A stretch of DNA of 15,154 bases from an uncultured Methanosarcinales archaeon (GTDB taxonomy: Archaea > Nanobdellota > Nanobdellia > Woesearchaeales > CAZYIM01), in assembly GCA_964647565.1 (NCBI GenBank), contig CAZYIM010000048.1:1-15154 (forward strand), in the 5' to 3' direction. The position numbers were made by a program, and so were the translations under genes. The notes below the pieces were generated by a model that searched no databases, had not been told where the DNA came from, and saw only the letters and a program-made list of their open reading frames with translations. Below are positions 7,630-14,795 of this stretch, piece by piece (position 1 is the stretch's first letter; each line of letters opens with the position of its first letter).

Positions 7630-7971
7630 ATGAAAAAACAAACAAAATCATCGTCGGAAATGCTCGAACTTAAGGGATTTTTATCTTTTTTAATACTGCA
7701 CGAACTAAAACTAAAGAGTCTATGTGGAGAAGACCTGGCCAAGAAGATTGGAAAACGGAAAGGCAACATGTTGACCCCTGGTACAATATATCCTGCCCTA
7801 AAGAAACTCAGAAAAAAGAAATTAGTCACCTACAAACGCTTTGGAAGAAAGAAGATATATTCCTTGACTGATCTTGGCAACAAAGAACTAACCAAGCAAT
7901 ACAAGCTCTTTAGCCAGTACTTCTATGGTCTTAAGCATATCATCAGACGTCAGACAATTAAAAAGAAGTGA
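7630..7971 (+). CDS. PadR-family winged-helix transcriptional regulator
   Basis: LKGFLSFLILHEL, G.DLAKKI, PGTIYPALKKL, RKKIYSLTDLG: typical PadR pattern. Confidence 0.9.
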   Translation: MKKQTKSSSEMLELKGFLSFLILHELKLKSLCGEDLAKKIGKRKGNMLTPGTIYPALKKLRKKKLVTYKRFGRKKIYSLTDLGNKELTKQYKLFSQYFYGLKHIIRRQTIKKK

Positions 7972-7976
7972 ACTAA

Positions 7977-8618
7977 TCAAACTCCGTGTAGGATCCTGAG
8001 TATCTGGTCTTTATGATACTCTTTAACTTCTTTTTCATGCTTCTTAGAATAGAATTGCCTGAATTTCTTTCTAATTGATGATTTCTCTCTCTTTAAGACC
8101 GAGATTAAGATATCTGAATAAACAAAGTAGGCTTCATCTATTCTTTTATTCTGCTTAAATTCCTTTAATCCTCTTATCACAGGTACAGTATGTTCTGCCA
8201 ATTTAAAAGTCAGGAAACCAAAAAGACCCACATTTATCAATGGGTTATATGCAGGAATATCTCTTAAGAAGAAAAATGCACCAATACCCATATATCCGAA
8301 AAAATGTTGAAATGCTTCAAAATATTCATAGATTTGTCCTGTTCTTTCTGTAAAGTCTCCTCTGGTGCGTGTATGATATTCCTGATTATACAACTGTATT
8401 TCCTTAACTACTTGATCTACAGATAACTTATTGCTACGATAGTTATTCATGATATTGATAAAATCATAATCCTTCCAATGGGCTTTTTTCATGTCAGAAC
8501 TAGCCATTGCAAAATCAATCATCTCATGTATCCTAGATTTAGCCAAAGTTTCAAGTCCGGAACGCTTTTTATAGTTCAAAGGGTTCGCTTTTTGTTCTTT
8601 TCTTGTACTTTTGCGCAA
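7977..8618 (-). CDS. Hypothetical membrane protein (2 TM), probable paralogue of 8665..9231
   Basis: TTG start after GGTGA RBS; two central hydrophobic segments. Confidence 0.7.
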   Translation of the reverse strand: MRKSTRKEQKANPLNYKKRSGLETLAKSRIHEMIDFAMASSDMKKAHWKDYDFINIMNNYRSNKLSVDQVVKEIQLYNQEYHTRTRGDFTERTGQIYEYFEAFQHFFGYMGIGAFFFLRDIPAYNPLINVGLFGFLTFKLAEHTVPVIRGLKEFKQNKRIDEAYFVYSDILISVLKREKSSIRKKFRQFYSKKHEKEVKEYHKDQILRILHGV

Positions 8619-8664
8619 TGAGCATCACCGAGAAAAAGGAAGCGGGAAATGATAATAAATATTG

Positions 8665-9231
8665 CTATTTTGCAAGCTCAGCCCTTATATGGCCTAATGC
8701 AGATTCAAGCATATATCTATTTTCCTTTGTGTTTGCAAACATATGTGCCATGTTTCCATTGTAAATGGCCCTGTAATCTGAGTAATCAATTTCTTTAGTA
8801 GCTGGTCCGCCAGTTTTGTAGAATTCCAAGCAGGCACGTACTACAGCTATGCCTGCAATGATAAAACATGCTGCCTTGCTAATTGGTTCAGGAGAAACAT
8901 TGCCAACCAGGGTTGCTGCCACAGCTAAGACACCATACTTTAGGAAAGTATTGACAGACTCATATAATTCATCTCTTGGAGGTTGGCTCTCTACCCCCTC
9001 TCTTTGCATCTGATGCTGATAACTTGCAGAAATACAATTGAGCACTTCTCCAGAGACCTCTTTTTCATTATAACGCTTTTGGCCGTAGTTTGTCAATAGA
9101 TTGCATAGGCCAGGATTATAATCTGGATTTTTTTGCGAATATCGAAATTCACTCAATAATATCTCACCAAGGCTTTTTGTTGAAAAACTAGAAAGATCAG
9201 ATGCTTTTTGGGTTTCGTTGTTTTCTATCAT
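8665..9231 (-). CDS. Hypothetical membrane protein (2 TM)
   Basis: 188-aa ORF; TM segments FLKYGVLAVAATLVG and AACFIIAGIAVVRACL. Confidence 0.7.
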   Translation of the reverse strand: MIENNETQKASDLSSFSTKSLGEILLSEFRYSQKNPDYNPGLCNLLTNYGQKRYNEKEVSGEVLNCISASYQHQMQREGVESQPPRDELYESVNTFLKYGVLAVAATLVGNVSPEPISKAACFIIAGIAVVRACLEFYKTGGPATKEIDYSDYRAIYNGNMAHMFANTKENRYMLESALGHIRAELAK

Positions 9232-9340
9232 TATGTTTTAATCATAAATAGGCCGGCCTTTTTCGTTGAAATATGGCCTTCAACGCCATTTTGTGCTTAA
9301 TAAACACTGTTTTAAGATGTTTTTTGAGCCAAAATGACTA

Positions 9341-9832
9341 TTATAGTCGTCTAGGCTTAAATCCTTCTTGTAAAATTCCCTTTGTTTTCAAGATTTGTAA
9401 AATTTCCTTATAAAATTGATGCGAATGTAGCATTTTATGACAGTTTGGACATAATGCAATAAAATTTTCTTTTGAATTGTTATTCTTGTCTCCATCCAAA
9501 TGATGTAATTCTACAATCTTTGAAAATGAGCAGATAATGCATTCTTTTGTTAATTCGCGATATTGTTCTAAGGAAATACCGAAATATTTTCTTTTATTAT
9601 AAGAAAGAACTTTATCATAGTGATGAAGACGATTATGGCAGCTTGCGCAAAGCCCCAACGCTTTATGGGGTAAAATGCGCTTACAGTTCTTACATTCTAT
9701 GTTCCTAGCTTTCCATTTCTGCTTATAGCATTTATAGCACACATCTTTGGCATGAAGTTCTTTTCTTTCACCACATTCAGTGCAATCAATTAAAACGCGG
9801 CCATTAACATTAGGATTAGGATATCTCTTCAT
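9341..9832 (-). CDS. HNH endonuclease with multiple CxxC zinc-finger motifs
   Basis: CIIC...ELHHLDGDKNNNSKENFIALCPNCHKMLH (HNH); N-terminal CTEC/CYKC/CKNC/CASC; TATA TTTATAAA at 9862-9855. Confidence 0.9.
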   Translation of the reverse strand: MKRYPNPNVNGRVLIDCTECGERKELHAKDVCYKCYKQKWKARNIECKNCKRILPHKALGLCASCHNRLHHYDKVLSYNKRKYFGISLEQYRELTKECIICSFSKIVELHHLDGDKNNNSKENFIALCPNCHKMLHSHQFYKEILQILKTKGILQEGFKPRRL

Positions 9833-9885
9833 AAAACGCTATTTTATGATATTATTTATAAAAGTTCGCATTAAATAAGCAGAAA

Positions 9886-9913
9886 ACTTCCGATAATGTG
9901 CGTTAGACGAACT
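9886..9913 (+). other. dif-like 28-bp Xer recombination site (11-6-11)
   Basis: ACTTCCGATAA-TGTGCG-TTAGACGAACT; TAA-N6-TTA core, arms 7/11 palindromic; 9/11 and 7/11 matches to B. subtilis dif arms as recalled (ACTTCCTAGAA / TTATGTAAACT); intergenic and 1.6 kb from xerA. Confidence 0.6.
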
Positions 9914-10592
9914 ATTCGGGTTGTTTTGTATCTAAGTAAATATTTTCAAAATTTCCTCTGTGAAATATTAAACTCTTCATAGATGTGTAAAACAGGTGTA
10001 CTAAACCTCCTTTATGTAAAAATCTTTCTTTTGTTGGATATGGAATTTTAGTGCCTGGAAAAGTCACAGAGTAAGGATTTGGATTTTGACATCCTTTTTC
10101 AAAAATAATATGCATTTAGTCTGCGTATTCTTTAATACTCATTTTTTCCTCAACCATAGTTTTGCTTGAATTCTCAGTAGGTTCATAATGTTTCCAAACT
10201 GCTCCATCCTTATATTGTATCCAATTATGGCCGCTACATGTATCGTCCATAAGGGGACTTGATGTTAACCTGATCATCTTCTTCAATTCGCTTTTGTTGT
10301 TTTGCCTGATCAGTTGATTATACACTTCGAATGTTGTCAAGGGAAAGTCCTTGCAATTGCCTTTACCTGTGCCTTTTTCAAAGATTATCTTGTTAGCCAA
10401 CATCAGATAATCCAAGGCAGTAGAATCATCAGAAAGACCGGTGTATTTTTCTATTTCTTCTTTAGAGACTTTAATACGGCTTTTTTTATGATGAGAAACA
10501 ACTGAAGATACTGTATCTACAATTGGAAAAGTGAATTGGTTTAATGCAGCATATGTTCCTATTATTGTAGCAATATCCGAGATCTCGATCAA
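9912..10592 (-). pseudogene. Transglutaminase-like (Cys-His-acid) protein interrupted by an in-frame TAA at 10118-10116, or two abutting genes
   Basis: RBS GGAGG + TTG start; motifs GNCKDF, GHNWIQY, WKHYEPT; the 67-aa ORF 9912..10115 continues in the same frame directly after the stop. Confidence 0.5.
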
Positions 10593-10632
10593 ATTTATTG
10601 CCTCCGTTAAATAACATTCACAATATCAGAGT

Positions 10633-11085
10633 TCATTTCGTCATATCAGGTAGATTTAGGCTTTTGCCAGCAAGGATCTCGAACTGACCATATATCTTTT
10701 CTCCATGCTCAGTAATTGTTGGCTTGTCGAACGTTCTGTATCTTCCAGCGCCTGATTGGATAGCAAGGGTCTCGAGATTGGTGATGTAAGCTCTTGAAGT
10801 ATCAGCACCTACAACCCCCATCTTGTTAGCAATACTCCTTGGGGAATCCCCTTTTTGAATAGTGTAGTTAATTGTGGGGTGCGTATTAATTTCATCAATG
10901 ATCTGACCTTGTTTCACTTGGGGTTTGATCAATGTGTGGTAGAACGCAGTGCTTAAAATTACCAACCCTATAGCAGCACCTGCAACATATTTCAGATTAG
11001 TAAAATTTAATCTCTTTTTGCTTCGCTTTAATCGGCTGCTTTTCCTTTGTTTTTGTTTAAAATTGATTCTGTTATAGTTAGTCAT
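10633..11085 (-). CDS. Membrane-anchored LysM-like domain protein
   Basis: Basic N-terminus, one TM helix, YTIQKGDSPRSIANKMGV ... ILAGKSLNLP (LysM ends with an inserted loop); RBS GAGGTGG. Confidence 0.75.
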   Translation of the reverse strand: MTNYNRINFKQKQRKSSRLKRSKKRLNFTNLKYVAGAAIGLVILSTAFYHTLIKPQVKQGQIIDEINTHPTINYTIQKGDSPRSIANKMGVVGADTSRAYITNLETLAIQSGAGRYRTFDKPTITEHGEKIYGQFEILAGKSLNLPDMTK

Positions 11086-11209
11086 ATGACCACCTCAAAT
11101 GTATAATTGATTTAGTCATATATAAATGTTTCGTTTTTTTAACTACTGCGGAGTAACAATAACGACATTATGCGAACCTTTAAATAGAGGTTTGTCTAAG
11201 AAGAATCAT

Positions 11210-11545
11210 ATGGCTGAAGATTTTAAGATGCCGGATATGAACATGGATATGCCAGATATAGATGCAAAACCCGCATCAGAAGAACCAACAGGAGGTGATT
11301 TTAGTAAAATGTCAAGCACAAGCTTACCTGGAGACAAAAAGAAGTTTTCATTTTCCATTGTTATACTAATTATTGCAATCATTTCTTTAATCATATCAGT
11401 ATATTATATACTGCTTGACTTGAGCATAGCACCGTTCTTTTTCATCATCCCAACTGTGATATTTCCCATATTACTTTTTATATGCTCAGCAGCCTTGATT
11501 ATCTTTATGATTATGTACCATCATCTAAAGGGAAAAGGGATCTAA
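11210..11545 (+). CDS. Small membrane protein (2 TM, acidic Met/Pro/Asp N-terminus), co-transcribed with xerA
   Basis: ATG at 11210 (MAEDFKMPDM) lies about 25 nt after TATA TTTAAATA (11179-11186); stop is 1 nt before the xerA ATG. Confidence 0.7.
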   Translation: MAEDFKMPDMNMDMPDIDAKPASEEPTGGDFSKMSSTSLPGDKKKFSFSIVILIIAIISLIISVYYILLDLSIAPFFFIIPTVIFPILLFICSAALIIFMIMYHHLKGKGI

Positions 11546-11546
11546 T

Positions 11547-12356
11547 ATGCTTGAAAAACTCGAGACAGAGCTTAAATTAAGGGGTTTTAGCAAGAGAACT
11601 ATAAGCACATATATCTTTCAGAACGAAAAGTTTCTCAAATATATACATAAGGATCCTCTTAATATCCAGACTGACGATATCAAGATGTATCTAGCACACT
11701 TGATTTCTGATGCAGGCAAATCAAATGCTACAGTAGCTTTGGCAAAGGCAGCTATTAAATTCTATTATGATGAGGTATTGAAGAGGAATATTGTCAACAT
11801 CAAGACGCCAAAAATAGGTAAAAAACTGCCGACTGTGCTAACTAAAGATGAAGTAAAAAGACTGATATCTGCTGCTAAAAGCATCAAAAGCAGATTGATA
11901 ATCAAGATGCTCTACTCGACGGGGATGAGGGTCTCTGAACTGGTAAATATGCGTGTAAATGACTTGGAGTTGGATGAAAAACATGGTTGGATTAGGGGTG
12001 GTAAAGGTTCAAAAGATCGGATGGTGATATTGTCTGATAATCTGATCTGTGATCTGAGAAAATTTCTCTCAACTTATTCAAGAGAATACTTGTTTTCAGG
12101 ACGAAACATGCAGTTAACTCCGAGAAATATACAAAAAATAATTCAGAATTCTGCCAAGAATGCAGGCATAAACAAACGTGTCTCGCCGCACACATTGAGA
12201 CATAGTTTTGCCACTCATTTATTGGAATCTGGTACAGATATCCGGGTCATACAGGAGCTATTAGGACATGCCAATCTTCAGACGACACAGATATATACTA
12301 GGGTCAGTTCTGAGGAGATAAAAAAGGTCAAAAGTCCATTAGATTCTATCTTCTAA
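11547..12356 (+). CDS. xerA: Site-specific tyrosine recombinase, XerA/XerC-D-like
   Basis: N-terminal SAM-like domain (LKLRGFSKRTISTY); catalytic set TGMRVSE (R), GKGSKDR (K), HTLRH (H,R), LGH (H), TQIY (Y). Confidence 0.9.
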   Translation: MLEKLETELKLRGFSKRTISTYIFQNEKFLKYIHKDPLNIQTDDIKMYLAHLISDAGKSNATVALAKAAIKFYYDEVLKRNIVNIKTPKIGKKLPTVLTKDEVKRLISAAKSIKSRLIIKMLYSTGMRVSELVNMRVNDLELDEKHGWIRGGKGSKDRMVILSDNLICDLRKFLSTYSREYLFSGRNMQLTPRNIQKIIQNSAKNAGINKRVSPHTLRHSFATHLLESGTDIRVIQELLGHANLQTTQIYTRVSSEEIKKVKSPLDSIF

Positions 12357-12408
12357 AAATTCTAAAAAATGCTTAAAACTTTTAGTTCAATATTTTTTAA
12401 TTATGAAG

Positions 12409-12456
12409 TATTGGTTATCTTATCTATTGGATAAACAATTTATTGTATTTACAATA
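12409..12456. repeat. Second phased array of TATTG-N6-CAATA palindromes
   Basis: TATTGGTTATCTTATC (12409), TATTGGATAAACAATT (12425), TATTGTATTTACAATA (12441); exact 16-bp period. Confidence 0.7.
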
Positions 12457-12466
12457 ATATTCTTAG

Positions 12467-12503
12467 AAATATATTTTCAATAGTTTCTAAAATATTTAAG
12501 CAA
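12467..12503 (+). repeat. Right copy of 37-bp imperfect direct repeat (partner 7453..7489)
   Basis: Matches the left copy; the copies start 5014 bp apart. Confidence 0.75.
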
Positions 12504-12526
12504 TAATTAAAAAAATAAGAAATACT

Positions 12527-13057
12527 CTAAACTGTGTTTTTGGCAACAAGGGTTTGAGAAAACGATTCTGTAATTCCCATGACATTTCTTCTGGCCTGGA
12601 ATTCCTTGAATCGCCTGTCAATATAGAAATATACCTTGTCGTCGAGGGATCTTTGTTCGATTATCTTAACTCCTTTGTTGATCAGGGTGTTAATATAACC
12701 CAGAAGCATCCTGTTATTTAGATCCGTCTTCATTGAGATATCATCTAATGTCATTCCTGTCTCAGACATATACAGGACCATGAAAACCCTTTTTTCCATC
12801 TCTCCAAAGTTCATTTTAGTGTACTCAGGATTGAAATCTTCCTCACAACCTATTGCAAGTTTCAACTCAAAAAGTTCTTCCTTAACTTTTTCAAGCATAA
12901 GACGAAGCTCTTGCATTTCAGTTGTGTTTTCATTAATAGAATCCCGATGTTCATTCAATTCTCCCTTAACAGAACCAAATGCTTTTTTCAGCTTTTTCTC
13001 GTCGATACTGCGTCGTTTAAAAAAACTCAAAACACTGTCAATTATCACTATACTCAT
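12527..13057 (-). CDS. Hypothetical protein with N-terminal coiled coil and C-terminal winged-helix-like domain
   Basis: RBS GGGGGTGA; heptad segment (VKGELNEHRDSINENTTEMQEL...); EKRVFMVLY...MTLDDISMKTDL...YINTLINKGVKI is wHTH-like. Confidence 0.7.
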   Translation of the reverse strand: MSIVIIDSVLSFFKRRSIDEKKLKKAFGSVKGELNEHRDSINENTTEMQELRLMLEKVKEELFELKLAIGCEEDFNPEYTKMNFGEMEKRVFMVLYMSETGMTLDDISMKTDLNNRMLLGYINTLINKGVKIIEQRSLDDKVYFYIDRRFKEFQARRNVMGITESFSQTLVAKNTV

Positions 13058-13233
13058 AACTTCACCCCCAATTAAACTGATTTTGATTTCTTTAAATAGT
13101 TTTATATCTTTAGAAAAATATAATGAAACAATTTTGATTCAATTGCCTATTTTCTAGAAGTCAAATATTAGTATGGATAAGTATTCTGTATTTAGGAAAT
13201 ATTTTAAAACAACTACAACTATTCCTTAATAAA

Positions 13234-13863
13234 ATGTCTAAAACAGAGCTAGCATGTATCCTATCCAAGTTAAAAACCTTTGATAATCCTAAGATATATC
13301 TAGAGCAATATCCGACAGACTCAGAGATAGCTGCAGATGTGTTGTGGCATGCTGCGCTATTAGGGGATATAAAAGGTAAGTGTATATTAGATCTAGGTTC
13401 AGGTTCAGGAATTCTTGGTATTGGAGCTTTAATCATGGGTGCAAAGCAAGTTAGTTTCATTGATATTGATGAAGATACAGAGTCCCTACTGGCAAAGAAT
13501 TTAGAATCAATCAAGAGCCAATATGAGCTTTCTGGAACTACAAAATTCATTAATAAGGATATAACTCTTGTTTCTAAAAAAGACGTTGGTAAAATTGATT
13601 TAATAGTGCAAAACCCGCCCTTTGGTACTAAGAATAAACATATTGACTGGCAATTCTTAGAAAAAGCAATGCATCTATCGGATGTTATCTATTCTTTCCA
13701 TAAGACTGAAACGCGAGAGTATATTGAAAAGAAAATAGCAGATTCTGGCTTTAAGATAACCCATTATTTCCAATTCAATTTTCCTATAAAAAAAACCATG
13801 AAACATCATAAGAAAAAGATCGAAAGAATTAATGTGAGTTGTTGGAGATTGGTCAAATCATAA
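13234..13863 (+). CDS. METTL5-family SAM-dependent (N6-adenine-type) RNA methyltransferase
   Basis: LEQYPT, DLGSGSGILG, NPPFG, YSFHK motifs. Confidence 0.92.
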   Translation: MSKTELACILSKLKTFDNPKIYLEQYPTDSEIAADVLWHAALLGDIKGKCILDLGSGSGILGIGALIMGAKQVSFIDIDEDTESLLAKNLESIKSQYELSGTTKFINKDITLVSKKDVGKIDLIVQNPPFGTKNKHIDWQFLEKAMHLSDVIYSFHKTETREYIEKKIADSGFKITHYFQFNFPIKKTMKHHKKKIERINVSCWRLVKS

Positions 13864-13904
13864 AGCAAAAATTTATAAATAATTTGGGGTTTCACTGAAG
13901 AATT

Positions 13905-14180
13905 ATGGAAATAAAAGTTATTGAATACTCGAAGAAGAGAATCTTGTTTGAACTTAAAGACGCAGACAACACATTTACAAATGCGCTTAAGAAAGAGCTA
14001 ATTAATGATAGTTCTGTAAAGGTTGCTACCTTTAATATTGACCATCCGCTCATAGGAATTCCTAAGATGATCATAGAGACAGACGGAAAGAAAGATGTTA
14101 AAAAAGTAATGACTGATGCCTGTTCCCGACTGAAAAAAAGGAATGACGCTTTCTTGAAGAAATTCAAATCCTTGAAGTGA
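13905..14180 (+). CDS. rpoL: DNA-directed RNA polymerase subunit L (Rpo11)
   Basis: MEIKVIE...D.TFTNALKKEL...V.VATFNIDHPLIGIPKMIIET; TATA TTTATAAA about 26-33 nt upstream. Confidence 0.93.
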   Translation: MEIKVIEYSKKRILFELKDADNTFTNALKKELINDSSVKVATFNIDHPLIGIPKMIIETDGKKDVKKVMTDACSRLKKRNDAFLKKFKSLK

Positions 14181-14249
14181 TTTTGAAAGAAATCTATTAA
14201 ATTGTACTACCTATTTAAGGTTTAGAAATGTTCAAAGCATTTCAGTAAC

Positions 14250-14257
14250 TTTATAAA
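14250..14257 (+). promoter_or_regulatory. TATA box for tRNA transcript
   Basis: TTTATAAA 43-50 nt upstream of the tRNA-Ile 5' end. Confidence 0.55.
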
Positions 14258-14299
14258 CTTTCATCTTTTCTAATACAAATCATGAGCTGCAATGCTTGT

Positions 14300-14454
14300 G
14301 GGCCTGTAGCTTAGCCTGGAAATGGCTTTTGACCATTGGGAATTGGAGCGCTGGTCTTATAAGTCCACGTTTCGTACAACGACTACGAGAGCCAGTGGTC
14401 CGGAGTTCAAATTCAAGAAGATATATCTTCTGGATGAAAGTCTCCGCAGGCCCA
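14300..14454 (+). tRNA. tRNA-Ile(UAU) with three introns (D-loop ~14320-14343; 37/38 14362-14389; 59/60 14412-14440)
   Basis: Acceptor GGGCCTG/CAGGCCC+A; D stem GCTT/GAGC; anticodon stem CTGGT/GCCAG with CT-TAT-A; T stem CGGAG/CTCCG. Each insertion folds into a BHB or relaxed BHB; the D-loop boundary is uncertain by 1-2 nt. Confidence 0.85.
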
Positions 14455-14506
14455 TTAAAAAACATATATGACACGGCCTTCGGAGGCCTAGCAACTTGTT
14501 GCTCAT

Positions 14507-14523
14507 GTCTCCGCAGGCCCATT
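14507..14523 (+). repeat. 17-bp exact duplicate of the tRNA-Ile 3' end (14440..14456)
   Basis: GTCTCCGCAGGCCCATT at both positions. Confidence 0.9.
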
Positions 14524-14578
14524 TTATTCTTTTTTTCTGAAAAAATTTAAAAAGAGATTGCATCTCCAAAACATCAAT

Positions 14579-14721
14579 GCCCCGCTGGTGTAGTCCGGAA
14601 GGTATCACATAGTGGTGCCTGGACAACCAATCATACTGGCTTTTCGAGCCAGTGACATGGGTTCAAATATCCTGGAGGAAGACAGAAAATCCCTCTGGGT
14701 TTGAGAGTCCCGTGCGGGGCA
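14579..14721 (+). tRNA. tRNA-Glu(UUC) with two non-canonical introns (D-loop 14599-14626; 59/60 14668-14707)
   Basis: Acceptor GCCCCGC/GCGGGGC+A; spliced D arm GGTGTAGTCCGG^CCAATCAT typical of archaeal tRNA-Glu; CTGGC-TT-TTC-GA-GCCAG; BHB central helices GTCC/GGAC and TTCA/TGAG. Confidence 0.92.
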
Positions 14722-14795
14722 TTTATTTTTCTTTAAAAAGTTTGAAAAAATTGACTGTAATTGGAAACCCAATCTATCATTTACAAGCAGACTTT

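Noticed and set aside
11126..11209. Longer start for the membrane gene upstream of xerA
   Set aside because: The region holds the divergent promoters; the ATG at 11210 fits TATA spacing.
7977..12356. Integron (integrase plus cassette array)
   Set aside because: The 269-aa recombinase lacks the IntI-specific insertion, no attC-type hairpins lie between genes, and several genes have their own promoters.
12351..12369. TTCTAAAAA tandem duplication at the xerA stop
   Set aside because: A 9-bp low-complexity repeat, too short to interpret.
5950..14167. Antisense ORFs 5950..6135, 6870..7088, 7521..7829, 10302..10505, 11206..11394, 11992..12195, 12780..13157, 13161..13550 and 13892..14167
   Set aside because: Each lies opposite a better-supported gene and has no motif or RBS.
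14280..14626. ORFs 14280..14522, 14296..14550 and 14357..14626
   Set aside because: They overlap the two tRNA genes.
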